DNA of 64,000 nucleotides, taken from positions 27,962,001 to 28,026,000 of the forward strand of contig NC_043016.1 in NCBI RefSeq assembly GCF_006345805.1, written 5' to 3'. How positions within the stretch are numbered: position 1 is the first letter of the stretch; each line of letters opens with the position of its first letter. The notes beneath the pieces are model-generated. The model was not told the DNA's origin, searched no databases, and saw only the letters and a program-made list of their open reading frames with translations. Shown piece by piece: positions 39,285-51,290 of this stretch. Position numbers and translations under genes: made by a program. The stretch is from Octopus sinensis. Its lineage: Eukaryota.

Positions 39285-41659
39285 GTAGGTTACAAACAAA
39301 TTATTCTATATACATCTGTGATATTTAATTATATAGAGAGACTTTTGTTTATTACGTTGTTTGTTCATATTACTCCATATCTTTGTTTCTCTTGTCTTCT
39401 ACTCTTTCAGTCAGATTTTTTCCCCTTTTGAAATCCTCATTTATTTTCTTCATGTCTCTAATTGAAAATAGAACATTTTTTTTAAAAATAGTACAATTTA
39501 AAAAAAAAATTATTTATATACATGATATATCCTTACCTGTATACTTCGTGAAGAACACTATTTATGAATTTGTGGACCTTATGTTTTGCTTTGTTGATCG
39601 TTTGTTATATGTTTCACAAGTAAATTATATCTGACGTTTTCAATTAATCTTATTGTATGTAGACGACCTTTTGTTGTCAAGGATTTTCTGATCTTAAATT
39701 TGGATATTGTTTTCGGAAAATATTTAAACCACGTGGTAGGGAAGGGTGTATTTATTTACAATTAATTTATAACTAAACGAGATAACTTTTAAAATATGTT
39801 TATTTTGTTAGTCGAATCTGATGCTGTCCCATATGAGAACAGGGCATATTCCCATTTCATGAGTAAAGTTCCTCAACAAGCCACCCGGTGTCCAATGATG
39901 TTCAGCTTGTCCTGTCTCTTTCTCCCACTCTCGTAGACATGGATCATTTGTCTATTTGAACTTACGAAGTAACCATGTCACATTATTGAAGAAATATTAC
40001 TTCACAGTAATGATAAATTTTCGACCATCCCAATAGAATTCTTATTTGAAAAAATGCATTTATCAAATATGAAAATTCAAGTGAATCTTCATATTTGATA
40101 GATGCATTTTTGAAATTTCAAATTTTTACATTTCCAACATTTTTTTTTATCTACTCCTTAGCTCTATGTAGGATACTAACATGTTGCAATTAAAAAAAAT
40201 AATAAATTATTAAATAAGCCTAACAAACAAAGAAAAATGAGAGTATTGATTTGGTTTCAATATCAATTTCGTAAGTTCGATGTTTTGATTGGTAATAAGA
40301 TAAACTTATTCACATATTCGGAATGCTTTGTATAATGGTTGCCTGGAATCAAACAGCAAATGTTTCCGCTATTTATTAAATATAAATATTTGAGTTTTGT
40401 TTTCTTTGACTGACTTTGCAACTGTTTATTGTGATCAAGGGAAATGTTAAACTTAAGCAACATTTAGCAGTAATTAAAACTTCATCTGCTAACCTTGGTT
40501 CATTGTTAATTGCTGCTCCTCATTTATGCTCTACCAATTATGAAACGATTGTTTTTATTTTTTACTTTTTTTTTTGCACGAGCATTTTTATTTCTTTGTT
40601 GCAAATCAAATATTAATAAAGTTTTCTTGAGTCTATCAAGAATTGATTAAAGAAGCCGAATTGACAGTCAATTTGTTAAATTCATTAAAGCGAATTAAAA
40701 TAAAATTGGATGCAACCAGCATTAATATTAGCCTGGATCCAACTTGTCTTTGGCGGCTCAAAAAGAGCGCTACAATTAATTGTTCACCCGACAATTGAAA
40801 CGAAAGTAAAGAACGCCCCAACTTCTACCTAGACATAAATATATAGATCCTATTTTATGTTATAACATTATTAAATAGTTTGCTCTTAAGGCGATTCTCG
40901 ATTGGGGCAAAGCCTGTTCTTTGAGATAAAAGTAAATAAGCGATGTAATCGATCATTGTATTGTTTGCTATATCGCACCTGGAGAAATGAAAGACAAAGA
41001 CGGACGATGATTGTGGTGTGATTTATCTCCATTAGGTGTGTGTGTGGGAATAACGATTCTTATTTTGTGGTTATATGTATTGTTTATGTGTGTATGTATA
41101 TTATAGAAATAAATGTATATGTCAAATGATGAATTGCAAAAGAACAGGATGGCATAATCCTTTTCATTAGCTTTTGGCACTTCATTAGAGTTGGGTGCTT
41201 GTACAGCATTGCGTCCTCAGAACCATTTAATGTATATACATTTATATGTAGGGGTATACTGGCATGGGTTGATAAATTTGATGGTAACTTGTTCTGGGCA
41301 CCAGCAAAACTTTTCAACATATCTGTATTGAAATCTCCAGCAAAAAGCTTGTCTGCAGGCTACATGTCTGTTGTCTCTTGGATCAGTGCCGCAGGGCTGC
41401 TTCGAGCTTCAATATTATGTTATGGCATGGTCTCTAGGACTGATAAACAATGGATACGCAAGTTTTATTGTAATCGCAGACAGGCTACCTGCAAAATAAC
41501 CTTATATACAGGAGCATTATTCACAATATACCCAAGAAATACATTGTCTCAGCTGTTCAGAAAGTTACCTAGAAGTAGGCAATAGTTTTCGTCACCGACG
41601 TAATGGAATTACTAATTGTGGATAGATACTCTGAAATTGTAATAACTAGAGTAAGAACA

Positions 41660-42105
41660 GGTTGAAAAAAAAGTTCAAGGAACTGTTAGCTCTGCTAGCA
41701 GCTAACAGCCTTTCTCTCAGAATGAAAGGTAGATTGTATGATGCTTGAGTTATAAGGGTACCAGACCTGGGCTCTGAATGCAGAGGATTTGTGTTGATTA
41801 GAAAGAACCATAAGTGAACATGCTTTGTTAGATGTGTAATGTCAGTGTGTGAAGGCACATGGCTCAGTGCTTAGAACGTTGGTCTCACAATCACGACATA
41901 GTGAGTTTGATTCCTGGACCAGGCTTGAACAAGACACTTTATTTCACATTGCTCCAGTTCACTTGGCTGTAGAAATAAGTTGCAACGTCACTAGTGCCAA
42001 GCTATATCAGACTGCCTTTCCCTTGGATAACATGAGTGGCATGGAGAGAGGAGGCTGTACAACACAGTAGAAATTACCTGAGAGAAAGCCTGTGTAAGAG
42101 GCATT
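41660..42105 (+). mobile_element. RTE ORF2 fragment interrupted by a tRNA-SINE (~41850-42050)
   Basis: KFKELLALLAANSLSLRMKGRLYDA..CNVSVC resumes as QHS..LRESL after the SINE. Confidence 0.65.
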
Positions 42106-42215
42106 CAGATAGTTGCCCAAGGTGCCACGCAGTGGGACTGAACCCGAAACCATGTGGTTTGGAAGCAAGCTTCTTACCACACAGCCACTCATGCGCCTAT
42201 ATATATATATATATA

Positions 42216-42550
42216 TCATCATCATCATCATCGTTTAACGTCCGTTCTCCATACTAGCATGGGTTGGACGGTTCGACCGGGGATCTGGGAAGCCAGAAGG
42301 CTGCACCAGGCTCCAGTCTTATCTGGCAATGTTTCTACAGCTGGATGCCCTTCCTAACGCCAACCACTCCGTAAGTGTAGTGGGTGCTTTTTACGTGCCA
42401 CCTGCACAGGTGCCAGGCGAGGCTGGCAACGGCCACAATCGGATTGGTGTATTTTATGTGCCACCGGCACGGAAGCCAGTCGAGGCGGTGCTGGCATCGG
42501 CCACGAGTCGGATAGTGCTTTTTACGTACCACCAGACCAGGGATCCTGGC
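42216..42550 (-). mobile_element. Young RTE 3'UTR copy with (CAT)n tail
   Basis: Inverted near-copy of 29.9-30.3k. Confidence 0.8.
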
Positions 42551-42559
42551 TGGTTCAAT

Positions 42560-42598
<39 letters not shown>

Positions 42599-42967
42599 GT
42601 ACATACATACACACACATGCATTTTATGCATTTGGACACACATACACATTATCATCATTGCTTAACATCTTTTTTTTTTGTTGGCATGAATTGAACAATT
42701 TGACTGGATCTGATTAGTTGGAAGATTGCATCATTCCCCACTGTATATTTTGGCATGCTTTTCATGGCTTGATGTACTTCCTAAAGCCAGCCACTCTATA
42801 GTACTGGGTATAATGATTCTGGTGTGGGGTTGATGAGAGAGGGTGGTAGCAGTAGAAAGGGTAATTGGATAAACACTATTAGAGGAGACAATTTAAAGGG
42901 AAGTAGAAAGAGAAGAGACTATGTGTAAAAGGCTACAAGATTATCCCGTATAAGGGTAAATATAGAT

Positions 42968-43186
42968 CAGTGTTTCTCAACCAGTTTTACCTATGGACCC
43001 CTTTGATTCCAATTTTACTTGGATGGATCCTCCTAGCTATTCAATGTTAAAAAAATTAATTTATTTTTATAATTAAATAATATTAGGAATTGTATTAAAA
43101 AAATTTGTTAAAATGTTCTGTGAAATATAAGAAATTTATTGCAGATAAAAACAAAATTTCATATGGACCCTTGTTGAGAATTTCTT
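42968..43186. mobile_element. hAT-type MITE, degenerate right end
   Basis: Left TIR CAGTGTTTCTCAACC, right GTTGAGAA; near-TSD ATATAGAT/GTATAGAT. Confidence 0.55.
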
Positions 43187-43794
43187 GTATAGATAGATAT
43201 GAGAAAAGGGAATATGGAACAAAGTAAAAAATAGAAGTATTGTGGCTCCAGAATGCATTAGCACTGACAGGGTCACTAAGACAAATATCCTTTGGGAAGA
43301 GAGGGCATTGGAAGTGGTGACCTTGTATCAAGTGATGAAAGGTTAGAGTGTTTGACAGAAGGATAGAAATAGGTATGTTGCTCTAGAGGAGATATGTGAT
43401 TACCCAGTCAGAGTGTGAGAGAGAGAGAGATCAAGAATGTGGACAGAAAACGGTTTATTACTGTAGAAGAGATACATGCTAAACCAGTAAGAGAGTGAAT
43501 GATCAAGAGTGAGAGTGGGGGAGAGATGGTAAAGTGCCAGGGCATATCCTCTAGGAATGGGGATCAGAATATAAATGGATTAGTAGAGTGAGAGAGAAAT
43601 AGATAGTGGTGAAGTGCCAGGGCATATCCTCAAGGTACAGCGATGAGAATATAAGTAGGATGGTAGAGTATTGTCATGGGTGCATGAGTTAGGAGCAGGG
43701 ACTTCACATGAATGTGAAGAGTGTGGGCTGACTAAAGTCATGTACATGAATCCCACATGTAGTACTCAGTTGAGCAATTGACTTGAACCTTCAA

Positions 43795-46300
43795 CTTCAT
43801 TATCATTATCATTTAACTAACGTTCGTTGTCCATGCTGGCATAGGTTGGATGGTTTGACTGGGCTGGCATGCTGGAAGGCTGCACCAGACTCCAGTTTTA
43901 TTTGGCATGGTTTTCTATGGCAGGATTCTGTTCCTAATGCCAACCACTCTGAGAGTGTAATGGGTGCTTTTATGTACCACCGGCACACTGGGGTGCATTT
44001 ATGTGACACTTGCATGACACCAGTAACTGCCACGACTGCAATTTTGCTCGGCTTGATGGATCTTCTTCCCAAGCACAACATCATGCCAAAGGTCTTGGTC
44101 ATTGCCTCTGTGAAGCCCAACACTTGAAAAGAACTCAGCTACTTTGCTTCTGTTAGGTCCAATGCTTGAAAGGAACTCATCCACTTTGCCTCCATCAGGT
44201 CCAACATTCAAGAGGTATTCAGTTACTTTGCCTCTGCAAGGCCCAACACTAGAAAGGTACTCAACCACTTTGCCTCCATGTGGCCCAACATTCAAAAAAT
44301 GTTCTTTACATGACACAGGTGCACTTGGCTTGACAGGTCCTCTCAAGCTCAGTACACTGCCAAAGGTCTCGGTCACTAGTCTTTGCCTCTGTGAGGCTCA
44401 AAGTTCGAAGATCATGCTTCACCACCTCATCCCATGTCTTCCTGGTCTACCTCAAGTTCTCTCCAAAGTTAGAGATCAGCACTTCTTTACACAGTTGTCC
44501 TTGTCCATATGCATCACACGACCATACCAGTGCAGTCATCTCTCTTGCACACCACATCTGATTCCTCTTATGCCTAACTTTTCTCTCAAGATACTTGCAC
44601 TCTGCCGAACATGCACACTGACATTGTACATTCAGCAAAGCATACTGGCTTCATTTCTTTCAAGCCTATGCATGTCCTTGGCTGTCATAGCTCATGTTTC
44701 ACTGCCATGTTTCACAGGCATCAATCTGCCTTTCATTCTGAGAGAGAAGCCCTTTGTTGCCAGCAGGGGTAGGAGCTCTCCAAACTTTGTCCAACCTAAT
44801 CTTATTCTCACAGCTATGCTCTCGGAGCATCCACCTCCACTACTAACTTGGTCACCTAGGTAACGGAAGCTTTCTACTTCCTCTAGCTTGCCCCCCTGGT
44901 AGTTGATGGAGTCTATTTTCTGCACATTTTCAATGTTTATTGTACCTGTGCACCTTCCACATACAAATGTTAGTTTCCCTGTTAACCTTCCTCTGATGTT
45001 GCTGCACCTTTTATATGTCCAAAGCTTACACTGGGTGCATCTTCTGGAGTTTCTACCTGCACCTCTTCTACAGATTGAGCAGGTCCATCTGTCTGAAGGG
45101 ATATGTGATTTCTCTGCCTTCCTACTCACTATGACTTTGGTTTTTGCTAGGTTAACTCTAAGGCCCTTTGATTCTAGACCTTGTTTCCATACCTGGAACT
45201 TCTTCTCTAGCTCAGGTAGTGAGTCATATATAAGAGCAAGGTTATTAGCAAAGAGGAGCTCCCAGGGGCAGCCTACCATGAATTCCTCTGCTATTGCCTG
45301 GAGCACTATGATGAGCAAGAGGGGGCTGAGCACTAATCCTTGGTGAACTCCTACTGTACCCTGAATTCTTTGCTGTACTCTAAGTCAACAAAAGCGAAGT
45401 ACAGAGGTTTATCTTTGGCTAGGTATTTCTCCTGCAGTTGCCTCGCCAAAAATATAGCATCAGTGGTGCTTCTACCTAGCACAAAACCAAACTGCATCTG
45501 ATCTAGATTAACTCTCTCCTTAATTAGTTGGGCTATGGCTTTCTCTGTAACTTTCATTATCTGATCCAACAATTTGATACCTCTGTAATTATTTCTATCT
45601 AAGGCATCACCTTTACCTTTGTAGCAGTTGACTATGGTGCTGCTACACCAGTTGTTGGGTATGGCTCCTTCATGAAACTTCTGATTTACAATACATGTGA
45701 CTAGATATTTAGTCACATGGCCAGATATTTAGAGCATCTCAGCAGTGATTCCTGATGGGCCATGAGCTTTCCCTGTCTTCATATCTCTAAGTGCTTTATC
45801 TACCAGGTACTGTCGATTCAGGTAGCTGGTCTCTCAATTGGGTCAATGTTTGGCAGACTCTTCTTCTCTCATTCATTCTCCAGGTTCAGCAGTCTTTCAT
45901 AATGGCATCTCCAAGCCTCTTTCTTTGCAGACTCATTAAAAGCAAGTGCCCTATCATCCATGTGGACACATTCTTCTCCTATGACATCACAATTTTCTCT
46001 CACACACTGCCTAGCAATCTGAAATACTTCAGTTCTTTGGTTCTCACAATGCTGAACATTAGCAAACTTCTTTTCTGCTTCTCCCTTGGCTAGATATACC
46101 TGTCTCCTAGCTTCCCTTCTGGCTATCTGATACAGTTAACTGCTGCTCCCACTCTTCCAGGCCTGTTTCTTTGCTCTAAAGGCCCTGTCTACAATATTGT
46201 TCCTCCACCATATTACCCTAGCTCTGGAAGGGATTTTGCACCAGTCACAGATTTGATCTGTGGCACTCAGCAAGCTGTCTCGCAGGAATTCCCAGTTGCC
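43795..46300 (-). mobile_element. RTE LINE with RT domain, internally deleted and inactive
   Basis: GKGDALDRNNYRGIKLL, QMQFGF..GRSTTDAIF, LQEKYLAKDKPLYFAFVDLE, PWELLFANNL (decayed YADD), CxxC finger; deletion after DLE. Confidence 0.92.
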
Positions 46301-46439
46301 CTCTATGTTTGTAGCTCCTCCTCCCTCTCATCAAATTTCTCAATTACGATGTCCCTAATTCTCTGATCATATGAAGGGTCTTTATAGTGTTTAATTGAAC
46401 CTCATAGTGTCTAATTTCAAGGTCTCTGTTCCTGGAATC

Positions 46440-47340
46440 TAAGCATATTTCATGCGTGGTTTCTAAGTCACAAATGGGATGAAGCATGGTTGAAGAAAGA
46501 TTAAGGCAGAATAAAGGGTTATATTATCTAGATAAGAGTGGATGTGTAGAAGGAAGAGTGTGAAAGACAGAACTGAACCCTGTTGCAATTTGATGGGAAC
46601 TTACTGATCCAAGAGATAGGTGATGGGTAGAGCCTGTAGGCAGGACATTTTGATAAAAGATTTATATATATCAGCCATGGTCAAATCATTTGCAGATGTC
46701 TAGGTCAACAATTTTGCTTTCATTCACATTCTCTAAAGTGAGTATAGACTGATGAGGGGCATAAGAGAGTGGGTCATCAGTGGATTTGGCTCTGTAGAAA
46801 CAGTACTGTTGGTAACTGAGGATAGACAGAAGTATTCAAGGATATGGATGTCTCCAACATCTGCAATAAGATGATAGCTGACTGAATTAGAAGGTTACCT
46901 TTCTTTGGAATGGTTCACACTTAAATATTTCCAGATATGTCCCTGTAGAGAGTGAGAGATTAAAGATTTAATGAATGTAGGAACAGGTTGCAGGGTAGTG
47001 TTTGAGTGTTATGGAAAGACTATTGTCAGAGCCTGTGGTTTTGCTTATTTCTGCCTCTGGAGTGTGTGTGTGTGTAAGGCTGAAAAGTAGAAAGGGGGTA
47101 GATTTGGAGGAGGTTGGTGAAGGATGAATTGTATGGAATTGAATGCAAAGATTGTAGCTTTCTCCATGAAGGTACTGTTTATAGACCTATTTTTATCGAG
47201 AAATGGAGGTAAAGAGAACTCTGTAATGTTGGTGAAAATTCTCTTGGCAAGGGACCTGAAAAATCAGTTGCAGTTTGGAAGGTGGGAAAACTCCGACAGT
47301 TCATTTCTTGTAGCAAGTGATGTTTCAGTATTATACCTTA
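46440..47340 (-). mobile_element. Very degenerate CR1/L2-type RT remnant
   Basis: Minus frames resemble PSNYRPISL and LDISKAFD (seen as DLDICK*FDH). Confidence 0.45.
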
Positions 47341-47425
47341 ATGTTTTCAAAAGCTCAGCAATGGTTTGTAGCTTTGATCCTTTTGTTATTTTAAAGTTTA
47401 ATTTCTACCATATTTTTACTTTCAG

Positions 47426-47488
47426 ATAAACCAATATTTTCTATTGATATTCATCCAGATGGGTCTCGATTTGCCACAGGTGGTCAAG
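47426..47488 (+). CDS. HIRA: HIRA exon 2: DKPIFSIDIHPDGSRFATGGQG
   Basis: cag/gttagt; near-identical to HIRA KPIFSVDIHPDGTKFATGGQG. Confidence 0.97.
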
Positions 47489-48398
47489 GTTAGTGTTCTT
47501 TATTATTCCATGGTCACTAAGTCTTTTGCTTTGGCTCTTTAGTACATACATCTGTAAACTTTAGTAATATATATGTATATATATATTGATATACAACTAT
47601 AAACAAGAGCAAAAGAGAAAAAATTTCTATGCCAGTATGTTGAGAATAGACGTTAAATCATCAATCACCACATTACAATATATATTCGCTAAGAATACAT
47701 GTGCTGAAATTGGGGAAGGCAAGCTAACAGAATTCTGTTAGCTTGCCTTCCTTGTCGTGGCATTTTAAATGTTAACTTTATCAAGGCTAATTTATTAAAG
47801 CTAATATATAAATATAGTATATATAAGCACAAAACAGTATGTATGTGTAAAAATGTATGGATGAAGTCTTTAAGGTTTAAGATTCAAATCAAAAAGGTGA
47901 AATAATATGGTTTACTAGTTGAAATGTAGAATTAGTTCCGCTGATCGTGAGAATCAAATGTTGATCGCTTCGCTAAAAACTGACTATTGTAAGTGCAGGT
48001 GCTGTGGGTTATTTCCTTGGGTGTTTAAATAAAATATATTAGTTATATGTAGTAGATATAAGAATCCCTTCTAGGGGCCGTATTATTGATGTTTTGCAAC
48101 AATCTAAGTATGTTACGAGGTTTCCAGACATGAGTTTTACTCACATGTCGAGTTTCATCCTAATCGATAAAACAATGTAGGAGGAGTTAGCTAACAACAC
48201 AAGCAAACACACCCACAGACAGAATTTCTGTAGTAGATTTATGTATCTATATATTTTCTATTTTCTCTCCTGTTTATTTCTGTGTTCCTTTCAGTCAAAG
48301 AGTGTAGGCTTGTAACGTAAAAAACTTTCTCACTTCCCGAGCGTGAAACTAATACATCTGTTTGTTGTTTTTTTGTCTTTTATTTTTTTTGTATATTC

Positions 48399-48435
<37 letters not shown>

Positions 48436-48493
48436 GTAATGAGATAAAAAAATCAAGGCTGTGTAGATATTAGAATATTTATAGATATATAAG

Positions 48494-48545
48494 GTCTTAC
48501 AGCTGTTTCCAGGATATTTATTAATTATATCCCTTCATCGGAGAT
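48494..48545 (-). ncRNA. Hammerhead mirror copy (CCGAUGA core, weakened stem I)
   Basis: Minus strand reads ATCT-CCGATGA-AGGGATAT..ATATCCTG-GAAA-CAGCTG-TA-AGAC. Confidence 0.55.
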
Positions 48546-49037
48546 GGTGTGAGAGGATGGTTAAGTATTAGTTAATTTAGATAGGATACAAAATTGAGAG
48601 TGAGGTGGAGGAAAGAAAATAGATGTGAGATATGTAAGGATATTGAATTTGTAGATCCATTTTTTAGGCAGAATGGTATATATGTAAGATTCCAATACCT
48701 TATGAGAAAAATCCAACAGTATTTAAAATTGTTCATTCCAAGTATAGAGTTTATACACAATGTAAGATTCCAATACCTTAAATACTGTTGGATCTTACTC
48801 ATATGATATTGGAATCTTACATTGTGTATAAACTCTATACTTGGAATGAACAATTTTAAATACTGTTGGATTTTTCTCATAAGGTATTGGAATCTTGCAT
48901 ATATACCATTCTGCCTAAAAAAATGAATCTACAAATTCAATATCCCTACATATCTCACATCTATTTTCTTTCCTCCACCTTACTCTCTATTTTGTATCCT
49001 ATCTAAATTAACTATTACTTAACCATCCTTTCACACC

Positions 49038-49085
49038 GTCTCTGATGAAGGGATATAATAAATATCCTGGAAACAGCTGTAAGAC
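49038..49085 (+). ncRNA. Minimal type I hammerhead ribozyme, sense to HIRA pre-mRNA (GUA, predicted cut after 49081)
   Basis: Stem I GTCT/AGAC, canonical CTGATGA, stem II GGGATAT/ATATCCT, GAAA, palindromic stem III ACAGCTGT. Confidence 0.78.
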
Positions 49086-49329
49086 ATTCTATCTATAAAT
49101 GTTCTAATATCTACACAGCCTTGGCTTTTTATCTCATTACGAAAAAACTTCTTATATACACACGCTGACATATGACCAATGTTGAACCCCTTATTCACAA
49201 AATCACTGAACCTGGAACTTAATTATGGTCTGTCTATAGCACTTATTCAGCATTACCTGACACCTTTGGGTCTCAATGACACCATTACCTCTTATAACCT
49301 CAACTATATATATATATATATATTGTTTC

Positions 49330-50975
49330 AGCTCAGAGCCGCAGCCCTGCTGATGCACTGCCCTTTTTGCTACACTGTTATTACTGAGAGACTCCTCCAA
49401 TATGTCGAACCTGGTGAATAATGGAGTTTGATATAGCTACTCTCATTTGCACCTCTTGCCTTGATGTAGGTTCATCTGCGATTATCGACAGGAAGCGGTC
49501 CAGCTTTGATATAAAAACGCCTACATCTACTTTGTGCAGGTTCCTCAGGCTCTTTAGGAGAATATTAAAAAGCTGTGAGCTCATGAAACCCAGGCTGTTG
49601 CAGTAACTGGTTCTAAAATGAGATATCGTTGCTGGGATCTTTGGCACTATGCAGTGTCGTCCTGTTCTGGCATTGGTGTAGCTTTCAATGCCAAAATTTT
49701 GCATGGTTCCTTCCAGGATCTTCCAGATGTATATTACTGCATACCTCTCCCGCCTTCTCTCCAGGGAGTAGAGTTTTGGCTGTTTCAGCCTTTCCCAGTG
49801 GCTGAGCAGTTGCAAAGGGACAATCTTCTTTGTGAATCTTCTCTGGATTGCTTCAAGGTCTGCTGTTAATTTCACACTGTTGGGTGACCATAGCTGTGAG
49901 CAGTAATCCAGGTGGCTGAGGACAAATGTCCTCCGGAGGACCATCATGGTTTCCTTATCTCTGGTTCTGAATGTTCTCAGGATCCATCCAGCCAGTTGTC
50001 TGCACTTTGTCGCCATTAGTGCACTTGGAAAGAGGTATCATCACTCATATCAATACCCAGGTCCATCAATGATTTAGGCTCTGGGATTGAAATTCCCTGT
50101 GGATCAGTGTACCCTGTAAGTTTCATATTAAGTTTTGGACACAGGTAGTGCAGGGCTAGGAATTTTTCAGCATTAAACTGCATATTATTATCCTCAGCCC
50201 ATCTGTAAATTGAGTCCAACTCCTGCTGCAGATGTGCAACATTGCTGGGGTTCTGTATTTACTGTGAGACTTTCGTATTGTCTGCGTAGCTTGCAAGGGC
50301 GGCTATCCGGGTTCTTGAGGGCGTATCTGAGAGGGCCACTATAAAATGCAGTGGTCCCAAGAGAGTGCCTTGTGGAACACCGCTCACTATTTGTGTTTTC
50401 ATAGAGGTGGCTCCATTAGCCACTACTGCCTAACTACTATCTTTCAAAAAGTCAGGTAACCACTCTCCAAGTTTTCCAGCTATGCTGAGATCACGCAGTT
50501 TGTGGCATATCATACCATGATTCACCTTGTCAAAAGCTTTTGCAAAATTAAGGTATATTACGTCCACATTTATGTTGATTGAGTAACTGCCTCAACACCC
50601 AGTCATAATGTTGTAAGAGCTGGGTCAGGCAGCTCCTACCTGGTCGAAAACCATGCTGGGTATCACTCAGCCTTTCCCACTAGCTGAGCAGTTGCAAAGA
50701 GAAGTTATTTTCTTCAAGGAATGCGATTAGTTTCCCTGTGACTATCCGTTCCATGACTTTGCTGATGTGTGAAGTTAGAGAGATAGGCCTATAGTTTTTG
50801 GCATCTGCTCTGCTTCCCCCTTTATGGATTGGGCATATTATTCCCTCCTTTAGCTTGCTTGGCAGTCTGCCATTTGCAAGAAAGCTCTGGAAGAGAATCT
50901 GGAGGGGTTTTGCTAGGGCATGCTTACATGATTTGAGGAGGATTGCTGGGAAACCATCAGGACCAGCAGTTGAGT
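49330..50975 (-). mobile_element. CR1-clade LINE ORF2 (RT and 3' part), decayed
   Basis: AGPDGFPAILLK, NYRPISLTSHISKVMERI, QHGFRPGRSCLTQL, GVPQGTLLGPL, SYADNTK, LDYCSQLWSP, YSLERRRER. Confidence 0.92.
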
Positions 50976-50984
50976 TATATATAT

Positions 50985-51290
50985 ACATAGAGGAATACAA
51001 AAAAAATGGGACAAGAGTGCAAAACATCCAGACAAATGATACAAAAAAGGGACAAGAAAAAACAAAGACGAGTTGTTCAGAGTTTTCTTTCTTCAGTCAA
51101 GTTCCAGATTATTGTTGCAATTTTGGCTTGTTATACTTGAGATTGCTCCAATCTGGCCAACCCCAAGGAAAAACTAAGCTAAGAGCACTAGATTCCTTGG
51201 AAGAAAGCAGCGAATGTATACAAAAACAAGGATGGGAAAAAAAAAAACGGGGAAATGGTATACAAATGCAAATAACAGGACATTAACAAC
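50985..51290 (-). repeat. Penelope-like terminal repeat inserted at a TA run, truncating the CR1
   Basis: 51080-51181 has an inverted homolog at 52003-52103; family assignment is inference. Confidence 0.45.

Larger units (their letters stand above)
48435..49141. mobile_element. Fold-back palindrome (arms 48435-48775 and 48807-49141), Penelope-like terminal repeat remnant, in HIRA intron 2
   Basis: Arms about 95% complementary; 31-nt spacer; abuts (TA)n; hammerhead motif in each arm. Confidence 0.85.

Noticed and set aside
44144-44863. 239-aa plus-strand ORF, the longest in the track
   Set aside because: Antisense to RTE ORF2/3'UTR; openness comes from the 42-bp minisatellite.
47880-48250. 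Possible Helitron/HINE non-autonomous 3' end
   Set aside because: Resemblance only from memory; termini could not be defined.
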